NCBI GenBank assembly: GCA_965204895.1
Contig: OZ242025.1
Coordinates: forward strand, 1,473,621-1,537,620
Source of the DNA: Dehalococcoidia bacterium
GTDB lineage: Bacteria > Chloroflexota > Dehalococcoidia > Lucifugimonadales > UBA2985
Direction of reading: 5' to 3'
Length of the DNA stretch: 64,000 bases
Position 1 is the stretch's first letter, and every line of letters begins with the position of its first letter. The notes beneath the pieces were generated by a model. That model had not been told where the DNA came from and made no database searches. It saw nothing but the letters and a program-made list of their open reading frames with translations. Shown one piece after another: positions 25,606 to 35,650 of the stretch. Made by a program: the position numbers and the translations under genes.

Positions 25606-26982
25606 CTAGCCACCCGGAGCAGTCGAAGTGGTCTGAGGCTCGATAACCGGGTAAAGCTCCGGCTCGATTCCCTTGATTACCTCCCTGGCCTCCGCCGCCA
25701 CGAAAAGCGACCCTGTGGTCAGAATCAGGTCTCCGTCTCCGGCCGTGTCAAAGGCCATGTCCAGCGCCTGCGACACGGTCTCCGCCTGGCGCATCCGGTC
25801 GGTGTAGGCTGCGAAGGTCTGAGCGATTCGCTCCGGGCTGGCCGCGCGTGGATGACGCGATCTCGTCGCTATTACCGCCCTGGACTCCAGCTTCGCCAGC
25901 TCCTCCACGAGCCCGGGCAGGTCCTTGTTGCCGGACACCCCGACAATCAGCGTCACGCCGCGCTCCGGGAACATATCCTTGATCGCCTCCACTATGCGAC
26001 CGGCGGAGTGGGGGTTGTGGGCGCCGTCCACTATCAGCAGGGGGTCTTTCTGCAAGACCTCCATCCGGCACGGCCACTCGACGCGCCTGAGGCCCTCCCG
26101 GATGTGCTCCTCGCTCACGTTCAACCCGCTCTCGATGAGTGACTCCACCAGCCCCACGGCCACGCCTGCATTCTCCACCTGGTACCTGCCCAGGAGGGGT
26201 GTCTCCAGCCGGTATACGCCCCTGGGGGTCTCCAGGCTGAAGGCCTGGCCGTCCAGGGAGGTCTCACCCTCCTCCCACCTGATGTCCCTTCCCACCTCCG
26301 TGAGCTTGCTCCCGTTCCTCCCGGCGACCTCGCGTATGACGGCCAGCGCCTCCGGCTTCTGGGGTGACGTGACCACGGGCACGCCCGGCTTGATGATACC
26401 AGCCTTCTCCCCCGCAATCAGCTCAATGGTGTCGCCCAGGACTTCTGTATGGTCCAGGCCGATGGAGGTGATGCCACAGACCAGGGGCTGCAGCACGTTC
26501 GTCGTGTCCAGCCTCCCGCCCAGGCCAACCTCTATCACCTGCGCCCCCAGACCCCGGGTTCGGAAGTGGTGGAACGCCATAGCCGTAATCAGCTCGAAGA
26601 GGGTCACGCGCCCGTGGCCGTCGGCTACCACGCGCTCCAGGGTGGGCCAAAGCTCCTCCACCAGACGCGCGAAGTCGACCTCAGTCACCGGCTCTCCACC
26701 GACCCTTATCCTCTCTCGGAAGGTGTGCATGTGGGGCGACGAGAACATGCCCGGATTGTAGCCCGCGGCGGTCAGGATGGAGGACACCATAGCGGAGGTG
26801 CTGCCCTTGCCCTTGGTTCCCGCGACGTGGACCGTGGGTATATCCAGATGTGGATTGCCGAGAATCTCCAGAAACGCGCCAATCCTGCTCAGGTCGTAGC
26901 GGGGCTGCTGCCCCGGAATGGTGGCGGGCCGCTCGTAGTCCACCAGCCCCATGATCCTGTCTACGGCTTCTCTGTAGTCCAT
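25606..26982 (-). CDS. folC: Bifunctional folylpolyglutamate synthase / dihydrofolate synthase
   Basis: VHVAGTKGKGSTSAMVSSIL (P-loop), FSSPHMHTFRERI, IEVGLGGRLDTTN, DGAHNPHSA. Confidence 0.92.
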   Translation of the reverse strand: MDYREAVDRIMGLVDYERPATIPGQQPRYDLSRIGAFLEILGNPHLDIPTVHVAGTKGKGSTSAMVSSILTAAGYNPGMFSSPHMHTFRERIRVGGEPVTEVDFARLVEELWPTLERVVADGHGRVTLFELITAMAFHHFRTRGLGAQVIEVGLGGRLDTTNVLQPLVCGITSIGLDHTEVLGDTIELIAGEKAGIIKPGVPVVTSPQKPEALAVIREVAGRNGSKLTEVGRDIRWEEGETSLDGQAFSLETPRGVYRLETPLLGRYQVENAGVAVGLVESLIESGLNVSEEHIREGLRRVEWPCRMEVLQKDPLLIVDGAHNPHSAGRIVEAIKDMFPERGVTLIVGVSGNKDLPGLVEELAKLESRAVIATRSRHPRAASPERIAQTFAAYTDRMRQAETVSQALDMAFDTAGDGDLILTTGSLFVAAEAREVIKGIEPELYPVIEPQTTSTAPGG

Positions 26983-26990
26983 CCTGCCCC

Positions 26991-27938
26991 CTAGTGGTCC
27001 CTTATGCGCTTGGGCGTGAAGCCCATGGCTATTCTCAGCGAGTCCAGACGGGACGCGTCTCTAATGTAACCGATGTTGCCCTCCATAGGCCTGGGCTTCA
27101 TCCTGAAGGCGCGCTCCACCGAGTCCAGGTCCGTGACGTTATCCAGCGAAAGCAACTCCAGCTGGCTTGAGGTCGCTGGAGGGTTGGGCAGGACTCTCTC
27201 CATTACTCGCGTCATAAGCTTCATAAGCGGCACGGGCAGGTGCGCCTTCAGCCGCCTCACTTTATGGGTTCTGGCTATTATATCCAAAATTTCGTTATAT
27301 GTGAGGTGGTCAGGCCCACCAACCTCAATAATCCTGCCCCCGAAACGGGGATTGCCCGCAACCGCAGATACCATTCCCCCCACCTCCTCCACCGATATGG
27401 GCTGGAATCGAACCTGTCCGTTCCCGGCCACCGGCACTATGGGAAATGACCTCACCACTCCCGCAAGGGTGTTTATGAACTCGTCTCCGGGCCCGAACAG
27501 GATGGAGGGTCGGATTATAGTGTAGGCCACGCCGCCCCTGATAACCTCCTGCTCGCCCTGCCACTTGGAGTTGAGGTACTGGTAGGCCGGGTTCTCCTGG
27601 ACGCCAATGGCGCTCACGTGGACGAAGTGCCCAACTCCCGCCTCGCGGGCCGCCTGCACCACCGACTCCGTACCCTGTCGGTTTATGCGGTCGAAGGTGG
27701 CCCGCCCCTTCTCGCGGATTATGGCGACCAGATGCACCACCGAGTCGACGCCGCGCATGGCCATTTGCAGGCTCGGTGGGTCGAGAATGTCGCCGAAGGC
27801 CAGCTCCACGCCGTAGTCGGTCACGATACCGGCCCTGGCCGGACTGCGGACAAGACAGCGGACCGCCTCTCCACGGGTTCGCAGGGCCTTGACTACGTTC
27901 CTCCCAAGAAAGCCGGACGCCCCGGTGACCAGGATCAT
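26991..27938 (-). CDS. NAD(P)H-binding atypical SDR (NDUFA9/NmrA-like)
   Basis: MILVTGASGFLGRNVVKAL...VHLVAII...SKWQGEQEV...IIRPSILFGPGDEF. Confidence 0.8.
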   Translation of the reverse strand: MILVTGASGFLGRNVVKALRTRGEAVRCLVRSPARAGIVTDYGVELAFGDILDPPSLQMAMRGVDSVVHLVAIIREKGRATFDRINRQGTESVVQAAREAGVGHFVHVSAIGVQENPAYQYLNSKWQGEQEVIRGGVAYTIIRPSILFGPGDEFINTLAGVVRSFPIVPVAGNGQVRFQPISVEEVGGMVSAVAGNPRFGGRIIEVGGPDHLTYNEILDIIARTHKVRRLKAHLPVPLMKLMTRVMERVLPNPPATSSQLELLSLDNVTDLDSVERAFRMKPRPMEGNIGYIRDASRLDSLRIAMGFTPKRIRDH

Positions 27939-28055
27939 TGCACCCCCCGTGAAGACGACCTGATTTAAGCGTAGCAGAGGGTATCAGGGGTGTCAACGCG
28001 GACGGCGACTTGCTATCATCTCGATAGACACTCTCTCTGAGTTGGAGCAAGCCGA

Positions 28056-28658
28056 ATGCTTACGCTGTCGCCACACAACCCAAGACTGGAGGCCCTCCTA
28101 GACGACCTGCCCGACGGCCTGAGGCGTCACGCGGCCACGGTGCGCGAGATAGCCCTTGAGCTGGCAGGAATCCACGGCGTAGACCCCGCCAAGGCGGAGT
28201 TGGCGTCCGCCGCCCACGACATAGCCCGCGCCATGAAGGAAGGCGAGCTTAGAGACCGGGCGCGAGCCTATGGCCTGGACGTCCACCCGGTGGACGACAA
28301 AGTGCCGGTGCTTCTACACGGGCCGGTTGGAGCCGAGATACTGCGCCGGGAGTGCGGTATTGAGGACGTGGAGATACTGGAGGCCGTCCACTGGCACTCC
28401 ACCTTCAACCGGGGCCTGGGGCCGGTAGCCAAGATAGCCTTCCTCGCGGACAAGCTGGACGAGCACAAGGCCGGCAGATACCCCTTCCAGGAGAAAGTGC
28501 ATGACCTGTCCAAAGAGAACCTTGACGCCGCGGTAATCTCCTTCATCCAGGAGGAGATTGCGTCGCTCTTGAAGGCGAATCAGCTCATACATCCGGCGTC
28601 CATAGAGGGCATCAACTACCTGCTGGAGTCCTCTGCGAGGAGCTCGACGCGAAGTTGA
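28056..28658 (+). CDS. yqeK: HD-domain phosphohydrolase, YqeK-like (bis(5'-nucleosyl)-tetraphosphatase type)
   Basis: AHDIARAM...LLHGPVGAEILRRECGIEDVEILEAVHWHSTF...IAFLADKLD. Confidence 0.7.
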   Translation: MLTLSPHNPRLEALLDDLPDGLRRHAATVREIALELAGIHGVDPAKAELASAAHDIARAMKEGELRDRARAYGLDVHPVDDKVPVLLHGPVGAEILRRECGIEDVEILEAVHWHSTFNRGLGPVAKIAFLADKLDEHKAGRYPFQEKVHDLSKENLDAAVISFIQEEIASLLKANQLIHPASIEGINYLLESSARSSTRS

Positions 28659-28704
28659 GGCGGGTGCTGGTGCAGACTACGATAACTCTAAACCCAGGAG
28701 ATGA

Positions 28705-30222
28705 ATGTTTGGAAGAAGACGGCTCTGCTGGACCCTTCTGGCGCTGGCGTTCCTGGCCAACGCGGCCATTCTCGCGTCATGCACGTCGGGCGGAGAGCCG
28801 ATGGCCGGCGCTTCACCTGACGCCTCTGCTGTGCAAGCTACGCCGGAGGCAACGGCGCTTCCGGCCCCCAGCCCAACGCCGGAAGTCCTCTCTGAACTCG
28901 TCAATCCCGTATCGCGCGTCTCCCCTTCACTTGAGGAGCAGATATTTGCCTCAGACTTCATCGTACGCGCTTCCCTGATATCCGCCACGGCGAGCACAGA
29001 GACGGCGCAAAGCGGTCCGGGGGTTGCCCCTACCTACCGGGCATTGCAGCTGTTGCGGTTCACGGCCCACGAGTACCTGAAGGGGAGCGGCCCGGCCGAG
29101 ATTGCCGTCATTGTGCGCGGCAGGCACACCTATACAACGCAGTCCGAAGCCCGGGTGTTCGCCGACCTGCGGATGATGCAGAGGGAAATGGCCTGGGACG
29201 ACCGGCAGGGTGTCCTCTTCCTGAACAGTTCTTCCATGCCGGTCGACACTCAGAGCCAAAATGAGTCGGCCTTCGAGTTCAATCTGTCCAATTTCGGCGT
29301 AGAGACCGAGTGGGACTACGCCATCGACACGTTGAGCCGGGCGTGGCTGCCGGCCACTGAGCCATCTGCTGCTGCCATCCAAGAGTTCATCACAAACGGC
29401 TCTGAGTCGCCTCCCGCTGTCGTTTCACTGGCGGAGCTGCGTTCCGGCATTGCCGAGATGGAAGACACTCTGGCAGCCGGCGCAGGCGTAAAAGGATTCA
29501 CCCAATGTATCCGCGACAAGCTGCTCCACGAGCGGTACCGGCGCGCTGTGCCCTACACCCCGTTTCAACACTTGAGAGCCATACAGTCAGGGCTTCCGGC
29601 GGGGACCGAGGTTTACAGGCATGGCCCATTCTTTGAAGATCCAACCCTCTTCAGGTCCTGGTTCACAGGTACGCACTCCCGGTCATTCCAATCATTTCTG
29701 GAGTATACCGACTCCAACCCCAGAAACGGTTACGACCGAGTCATCGCGATCCTGAGACCCCTACCAGAGGGCAGGTATGAGTTCCAGTATCGCGTCCAAC
29801 ACTATCTCGACGCATCATGCGGTTTTGTACCTGAGCCGTACTCGGATGGAACAGTCGGCGTGGCGGCTCCTGACGGCACGGTGCACGAGGCGCTGTTTGA
29901 CCCGGGCGCATCTGTCACTGCCGTGGGCTACACTGGGAACACCGGAACCCTGGAGCCTGCGGCGTTCTCCGTCAACGGTGTACAGACAACTGTACAATCC
30001 CTGACGTGGGAAAACGGCATGGTGACCTTGGATCTGAGTCGCGCCGTACCCCTGACAGGCAACCGCATTGACTTCATTGCCCTTGACGGCTCGGTTTCTC
30101 TCAGCCTCTCCTTTGACGACGCTCAGACGCGAGGTGGTGACAGAACACTTACGTGGAGCGTCCCGCAGCAGCCGTGGCAGGACGGCGACCTGCTAATGAT
30201 TCGCATTTCGGAGGCCTCCTAG
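28705..30222 (+). CDS. Lipoprotein of unknown function (505 aa)
   Basis: Signal peptide plus lipobox MFGRRRLCWTLLALAFLANAAILASC, Pro/Ala/Thr-rich linker, then no recognisable domain. Confidence 0.6.
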   Translation: MFGRRRLCWTLLALAFLANAAILASCTSGGEPMAGASPDASAVQATPEATALPAPSPTPEVLSELVNPVSRVSPSLEEQIFASDFIVRASLISATASTETAQSGPGVAPTYRALQLLRFTAHEYLKGSGPAEIAVIVRGRHTYTTQSEARVFADLRMMQREMAWDDRQGVLFLNSSSMPVDTQSQNESAFEFNLSNFGVETEWDYAIDTLSRAWLPATEPSAAAIQEFITNGSESPPAVVSLAELRSGIAEMEDTLAAGAGVKGFTQCIRDKLLHERYRRAVPYTPFQHLRAIQSGLPAGTEVYRHGPFFEDPTLFRSWFTGTHSRSFQSFLEYTDSNPRNGYDRVIAILRPLPEGRYEFQYRVQHYLDASCGFVPEPYSDGTVGVAAPDGTVHEALFDPGASVTAVGYTGNTGTLEPAAFSVNGVQTTVQSLTWENGMVTLDLSRAVPLTGNRIDFIALDGSVSLSLSFDDAQTRGGDRTLTWSVPQQPWQDGDLLMIRISEAS

Positions 30223-30253
30223 CTGATTCCAACCCTCACAAGAGGCAAACAAA

Positions 30254-30282
30254 AGCGGGGCCTCCGTTTAGGAGGCCCCGCT
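30254..30282. terminator. Bidirectional intrinsic-terminator-like hairpin AGCGGGGCCTCC-GTTTA-GGAGGCCCCGCT
   Basis: Perfect 12-bp GC-rich stem between convergent genes. A-rich upstream (CAAACAAAA) and T-rich downstream (CGTTTC). Confidence 0.75.
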
Positions 30283-30308
30283 CGTTTCAGCTATGTCTAG
30301 CCGTGCGC

Positions 30309-31550
30309 CTAGCTGCCGTGGGCGGTGGCAGTGGAAGGCGTGGGGGCAGCCCGCTCCTGCGTCCGGCTGATGCCGATGCGCCGTGAGAGGATAACCTTCG
30401 CGATGTTGGTGCTGCCGCCGGCGTGGTTCTGTCCGGCCCTGCTGCGCTGGTTGACCTCCTGCGCGCCGCCGTTTCGTACGCCGGGCTCCTTGCTGTCGAT
30501 GAAGGCGTTCATGCCCATGATCTCCCGGATCCTGCGGGCGTTGCGGAGGCTGGACTCCCTGCCGTGGACGTTGGACATGTTGCCCTGGAAGTTGATCTCC
30601 ATGCGGCTCTGGTACATCCAGTAGGTGCGCCGCGCCAGCAGGTCGTCGCGATGGGCGTCGATGACGGCTTCCATGGCCGTCTGCTGAATCCAGGGGTCGC
30701 TTCCGAGCGTGCCGGTGTCGTTCTTGGCCACCTTGGTGTAGTTGACCAGGTCGTCCACAAGCTCGTCCCTGGGGACGGCGCGGCCTCGGCCGCCGTGCTC
30801 CTGCTCAAGGTGAGCGCCCATGACCTGCCAGCCCTGGGTCTCGCCGCCGATCAGGTGGTCGCCAGGCACCCGCACGTTGTCCATGAAGATGGCGTGCTGG
30901 TCATGGCCGGGGAGAAGCTCCATCTCCTTGACGTCCAGGCCCTCAGACGGCACGGGGATGATGAAGTAGCCCAGGTTCCTGTGCCTGGGGGCGTCCGGAT
31001 CCGTCAGCATTGGCCCGTACAGATAGTCCGGGCCCGCCGGCTGCCAGCCCGGCCGCGGCCGGCCGCTGATGAAGACGTTGGAGCCAGTCAGCAGCCAGTC
31101 GTCGCCGTCGCGTACCGCACGGCTCTGGTAGTTGGCCAGGTCTGCGCCGCCCTTCGGCTCCGTCAGCTTCTGCCAGGACGTCTTCTCGCCCTTCAGCAGG
31201 GGCACAAGGAACTTCTGCCTCTGCTCCTCAGTGCCCCACACAAGCAGCGTGGCAAAGAGCAGGGACGAGCCGCTCCACGGCACCCGAGCGTCGCGGAACT
31301 CCTCACCCAGAATGGCCTCGTGGTCGCCTGACAGCCCACCGCCGCCGTACTCCGACGGGTAGGTCGGGAACAGCCAGCCCATTGCGGCCATTTCCTTGTG
31401 CTTCTCACGCCAGAAGGCCCACTGCTCCTCGGTGAAGTTCCGGCCGTCCTCAGGATCTCTCATCTCGTCCGGGACGTTCTTGGCTATCCAGTCCCTGACC
31501 TCCTGCCGGAACCTCTGCTGTTCTTCCGTGTATGCGTATGCAAAGTCCAC
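30309..31550 (-). CDS. Acyl-CoA dehydrogenase family protein, copy 1
   Basis: 413 aa. ...LFATLLVWGTEEQRQKFLVPLLKGEKTSWQKLTEPKGGADLANYQSRAVRDGDDWLLTGSNVFISG... is the ACAD middle-domain pattern. Confidence 0.85.
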   Translation of the reverse strand: MDFAYAYTEEQQRFRQEVRDWIAKNVPDEMRDPEDGRNFTEEQWAFWREKHKEMAAMGWLFPTYPSEYGGGGLSGDHEAILGEEFRDARVPWSGSSLLFATLLVWGTEEQRQKFLVPLLKGEKTSWQKLTEPKGGADLANYQSRAVRDGDDWLLTGSNVFISGRPRPGWQPAGPDYLYGPMLTDPDAPRHRNLGYFIIPVPSEGLDVKEMELLPGHDQHAIFMDNVRVPGDHLIGGETQGWQVMGAHLEQEHGGRGRAVPRDELVDDLVNYTKVAKNDTGTLGSDPWIQQTAMEAVIDAHRDDLLARRTYWMYQSRMEINFQGNMSNVHGRESSLRNARRIREIMGMNAFIDSKEPGVRNGGAQEVNQRSRAGQNHAGGSTNIAKVILSRRIGISRTQERAAPTPSTATAHGS

Positions 31551-31695
31551 AGATACCCTCCTTCTGTCTCAAAATTCCGACGCGCGCCGATGCGCCTCGT
31601 GGCGCATTCAACTCGCGTCATCTTAACCTATGTCAAGCGCCGGGGCAAGGCCTGTGAAGCCAGGCGACTCAGACCTTGCCCCAACTTCAAACACT

Positions 31696-32940
31696 CTAGC
31701 CGAGATGCTGCGTGGCCGTCGCAGCGGTCGGGTACGGCCTCTCCGGCGTCCGGCTGATGCCGATGCGCCTGGCCAGAATCACCCTGGCGATGTTGGTGCT
31801 GCCGGCCCCGTGGTTCTGCCCCGCCTTGGAGCGCTGGTTCACCTCCTGGGTCCCGCCAAAGGGCACGCCCGGCTCGTTCCTGTCCACCATCGCGTATGGC
31901 CCCATCACGTCCCTGACCCGCTTGGTGATGCGCAGGCTGGAGTCCCTGCCGTGTACGTTGGACAGGTTGCCCTGGTACTGCACCTCCATGCGGTTGGTGT
32001 ACATCCAGTAGGTGCGCTTCAGCAGCAGGCTCTGGACGTGGGCGTCGATGACGTTGTCCATGGTAGTCTGCTGCGTCACAGGGTCGTTGCCAATGGCGCA
32101 CCCGTCGCGCTCGGTGTCGCGGGCGTAGTTCACCAGGTTGTCTACCACCTCGTCCCTGGGGAAGGCGCGGCCTCGACCGCCGTGCTCCTGCTCCAGGCCG
32201 GTGTTGGCTACCTGCCAACCCTGGTGGTCGCCACCGATGAGATGGTCGCCGGGGACGCGCACGTTGTCCATGAAGATGGCGTGCTGGTCGTGGCCCACGA
32301 GCAACTCCATCTCCCTTACCTCCAGCCCCTCCGAAGGCATCGGGATCATGAAGTAGCCCATGTTCCTGTGCCTGGGCGCGTCGTCGTCAGTGACCATCGG
32401 CCCGAAGAGGTAGTCGGGGCCTTCCACGCCCCACTCCGGCCGGGGCTTTCCGCTGATGAAGACGTTCTGGCCGGTGAGCAGCCAGTCGTCGCCGTCGCGT
32501 ACGGCCCGGCTGGTGTAGCTGGCCAGGTCTGCGCCGGATCGCGGCTCCGTGTACTTCTGCCACATGATCTTCTCGCCCCTGAGAATGGGAGCGAGGAACT
32601 TCTCCTTCTGCTCGTCAGTGGTCCACACCAGCAGCGCCGGGAAGCCCGTCTGGTTGTTCATGGCGCGCACTACCCTGGCGTTGGCGAACTCCTCGTCCAG
32701 GATGGTCTCATGGTCGCCGGAGAGCCCACCGCCCCCGTACTCCTTGGGGAAGGTGGGATACAGCCAGCCCTTGGCGGCCATCTCCCGATGCTTCGCTCTC
32801 CAGAACAGGTAGTGCTCCTTGGAGAAGTCCCGGGCGTCTACCGGGTCCTTCATCTCCTCAGGGATGTTGTCCGCCAGCCAGGCGCGCACTTCCTTCCGGA
32901 ACTCTTCCTGCTCAGGTGTATACGGCAATGCCCAGTCCAT
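31696..32940 (-). CDS. Acyl-CoA dehydrogenase family protein, copy 2 (tandem paralog)
   Basis: 414 aa, colinear with copy 1 (e.g. WQKYTEPRSGADLASYTSRAVRDGDDWLLTGQNVFISG; shared C-terminal ...RRIGISRTPER...). Confidence 0.85.
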   Translation of the reverse strand: MDWALPYTPEQEEFRKEVRAWLADNIPEEMKDPVDARDFSKEHYLFWRAKHREMAAKGWLYPTFPKEYGGGGLSGDHETILDEEFANARVVRAMNNQTGFPALLVWTTDEQKEKFLAPILRGEKIMWQKYTEPRSGADLASYTSRAVRDGDDWLLTGQNVFISGKPRPEWGVEGPDYLFGPMVTDDDAPRHRNMGYFMIPMPSEGLEVREMELLVGHDQHAIFMDNVRVPGDHLIGGDHQGWQVANTGLEQEHGGRGRAFPRDEVVDNLVNYARDTERDGCAIGNDPVTQQTTMDNVIDAHVQSLLLKRTYWMYTNRMEVQYQGNLSNVHGRDSSLRITKRVRDVMGPYAMVDRNEPGVPFGGTQEVNQRSKAGQNHGAGSTNIARVILARRIGISRTPERPYPTAATATQHLG

Positions 32941-33328
32941 ATCGCCCTCCTTTCTCCGGCACGGCCCTTACTATTGCTCCTCCGCCAGGGGCCTCCGCTC
33001 CGTGCCCGACCGAGGCCCCTCCCACGCAGACGCGTAGCACGGCCGCGTGGCCTTGCGGGTACTATAAGTGTGCTGGTTATTCTTGTCAACATTGTTCCGT
33101 ATATCACATACTTATGACGAATTACGGCGCATACGTGGATATGTGGCACCATTTCCGTGCAAGCGGTCTGTAAGTATACGCCGCTACAGTGGTCTTGGCT
33201 ACAAGCCTCATACTGACATGTCCGCAGGAGCGTTTCCACTTCCAAGCTCGTTTCTCAGCTTACCAAACACCGACCTTGACGCGATATTGGGGCAGTTGAT
33301 TCATAAACCTCCCCTGGCATACTGATAA

Positions 33329-33357
33329 TTGATACCCACACTCAAGGCACATATAAT
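33329..33357 (+). promoter_or_regulatory. Near-consensus sigma-70 promoter TTGATA, 17 nt, TATAAT
   Basis: -35 at 33329-33334 and -10 at 33352-33357, 42 nt upstream of the TTG start at 33399. Confidence 0.6.
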
Positions 33358-33362
33358 TTTCG

Positions 33363-33384
33363 ATGCAATAGTCATGCAATAGTC
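33363..33384 (+). repeat. Perfect tandem direct repeat (ATGCAATAGTC)x2 between the promoter and RBS: operator-like
   Basis: Read directly, followed by AAAGGAGG at 33385-33392. Confidence 0.7.
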
Positions 33385-33398
33385 AAAGGAGGACAAAC

Positions 33399-34100
33399 TT
33401 GACAGATCCAATCGATTTGAAAGCCTATCGGGAACTTGAAAGCGATTTCGAAAGACAGGTTGCGAAAGACTTGAAAACCATCAAGGCAATCCAGGCAGAA
33501 GTTGAAGTAGTCTACTTCCCTATCGCGCTTCCAAAAGAGCCAGTGGACTACGTTTTTGTTGCCATGGAGCCTTCATACCCCGCCGGATTAAAAGAACGTA
33601 TAGCGGAGGGCGAAAGACTATTCAACACATCAACGGAACCACTTCCCACGTTCATGCAAGCAATAAAACGATTCCTTTGCAGTGAGGGTCAGACATTCCT
33701 TGTCACCGACCTTGCCAAAGGAGCGATGCTGCCTAGCGTCGCCCACATAAAGCGAAATGAGAGGTACCAAGAATGGTATCCGCTCTTGCTCAGAGAAATT
33801 GAGATACTCGCCAAGTCAACAGCCCACGTCATCGCTGTGGGCAACAAAGTCGAGTCATTCCTCAAAGCCCAAGGGATGAAGCGAGAAGTCTACAAAGTCC
33901 CTCACTACTCAAGGCAGGCAGTCAGGCATTGGAAAAGGAAGGCCGAAGCCCACGGAGAATTCTATGAGACGTTCAAGCAAAATAATTTCGGATCCGGCCT
34001 ACCGTGGGATACCAACATCCCCGAATCTCATAAACAACTCTTATTCAGCTACCACCTTGCTATTGAGGACATCCGGGCTAGTACCAATACTGGCGTATAG
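33399..34100 (+). CDS. Hypothetical protein with a uracil-DNA-glycosylase-superfamily-like motif order (weak call)
   Basis: 233 aa in an AT-richer islet. The order VFVAMEPS / FLVTDLAKG / HVIAVGNKVESFL / YKVPHYS parallels the UDG-fold motifs (GE.PG-like, T.xxKC-like, LG..A, HPS-like). No canonical catalytic residues can be asserted. Confidence 0.35.
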   Translation: MTDPIDLKAYRELESDFERQVAKDLKTIKAIQAEVEVVYFPIALPKEPVDYVFVAMEPSYPAGLKERIAEGERLFNTSTEPLPTFMQAIKRFLCSEGQTFLVTDLAKGAMLPSVAHIKRNERYQEWYPLLLREIEILAKSTAHVIAVGNKVESFLKAQGMKREVYKVPHYSRQAVRHWKRKAEAHGEFYETFKQNNFGSGLPWDTNIPESHKQLLFSYHLAIEDIRASTNTGV

Positions 34101-34427
34101 AAGTGTACAAGAAGAAAGGTCACTGGCTAGGCGCGCGACACAGCTCATCCCAGTATCAAGTACAGGGCAGACTCTAAGCTTGTTGAAGGAAATGGGCGGG
34201 GGAAGCTATACCTGCAATCTTCCCACTAATGTGGTTCGACCGGCTCTCTATGAGCGGAAAGAGGAACGCCTCTTTATCAAGACCAGCACTGCACGAGACC
34301 GCTTCACCGCCTGAAGCGACACAGGGCGTCCCCCTTGTCAAACCCGCAGCGCGCTCCTATCATAACAACCACTCCGGGGGCGTTGGATGCCCTTCACAAA
34401 TCAGCCGAGTTTGTCTGGAGGTGCGCT

Positions 34428-35621
34428 ATGGCGGACCAAGCGCTGACGGGAATAAAGGTCCTGGACCTGAGCCGGGACATCTCCGGCCCCTACTGCACCA
34501 AGCTCTTCGCCGACTACGGGGCTGAGGTCATCAAGATAGAGCCGCCGGAGGGCGACCCGTCCCGGCGCGCCGGCCCCTTCCTGAATGACGACCCTCACCC
34601 TGAGCGAAGCGGCCTCTTCATGCACCTGAACACCAACAAGCTGGGCGTCACCCTCAACTTGGAGACGGCCACCGGCGCGGAGCTGTTCAAGGAACTGGTC
34701 AAGGACGCCGACGCGGTGGTGGAGAGCTTCCCGCCCGGGAAGATGGCTGAAATGGGCCTCTCCTACGAGACGCTGGAGGCCATAAACCCCAAGCTCGTCA
34801 TGGTGTCCATCACGCCCTTCGGCCAGACGGGGCCGTACAAGGACTTCGTTTTCACCGAACTCACCGCCTGGGCCATGGGCAGCCGGATGAGCATTACCGG
34901 CGAGATGGGCCGTGAACCTCACCCCCTGGGAGGCAACGCCGCCCAGTATCTGGCGGGCACCCAGGCCGCCACCGCTACTATGGGCGCTTTCATGGGCGCA
35001 TTTCTCCAGGGCGTAGGGCAGCACGTGGACGTATCCATTCAGGAGACGCTCCTGGCTGCCGTGGACGCCCGGCTGCTCTTCACCGAGTACACAAAGGACG
35101 TCGCCACCCGCGGCGACAACCCGGCGGCCGGCTTCCAGTTCTGCCAGGACGGGTTCGTGCAGTTTCCGGCCAACTTCGTGCAGCCTCGCCAGTGGAATCG
35201 CATGGTGAGGCTCCTGGATATGCCCGAGCTCATGGAAGACCCGCGCTTCCTGACGCCTGGCGACCGCGGCGTGCACCGGGACGACCTGGACGCCATCATC
35301 CTCCCCTGGCTGCTGGACAGGACCAAGTACCAGATCGCCGACGCCGCCCAGGCCGAGGGGGTCTTCGCCGCCCCAGTCTTTGACGTACGAGACGTAGTGG
35401 AGAGCGAGCACTTCGCCAGTCGCGGCTACTTTGTGGACGTGGAGCACCCGGAGACGGGCACGGTCAAGTTCGGCGGCGCGCCCTTCCAGATGAGGGAGAC
35501 GCCCTGGGACATACGCCGTCCGCCTCCCCTGCTGGGCCAGCACAACGTGGAGATTTACTGCGACCGCCTGGGCCGTACCAAAGATGACCTGGTCAAATAT
35601 CGCCAGACCGGGGTTATCTAG
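34428..35621 (+). CDS. Family III CoA-transferase (CaiB/BaiF), copy 1
   Basis: ATG at 34428 after GGAGGTG. MADQALTGIKVLDLSRDISGPYCTKLFADYGAEVIKIEPPEGDPSR. Confidence 0.88.
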   Translation: MADQALTGIKVLDLSRDISGPYCTKLFADYGAEVIKIEPPEGDPSRRAGPFLNDDPHPERSGLFMHLNTNKLGVTLNLETATGAELFKELVKDADAVVESFPPGKMAEMGLSYETLEAINPKLVMVSITPFGQTGPYKDFVFTELTAWAMGSRMSITGEMGREPHPLGGNAAQYLAGTQAATATMGAFMGAFLQGVGQHVDVSIQETLLAAVDARLLFTEYTKDVATRGDNPAAGFQFCQDGFVQFPANFVQPRQWNRMVRLLDMPELMEDPRFLTPGDRGVHRDDLDAIILPWLLDRTKYQIADAAQAEGVFAAPVFDVRDVVESEHFASRGYFVDVEHPETGTVKFGGAPFQMRETPWDIRRPPPLLGQHNVEIYCDRLGRTKDDLVKYRQTGVI

Positions 35622-35650
35622 TGCATAAGAAAGCTCACTTCCGCCATCCC

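Noticed and set aside
33964-34314. 116-aa plus-strand ORF overlapping the 3' end of the UDG-like gene and the downstream spacer
   Set aside because: It overlaps a better-supported ORF in another frame, has no RBS, and runs across a REP-B half unit.
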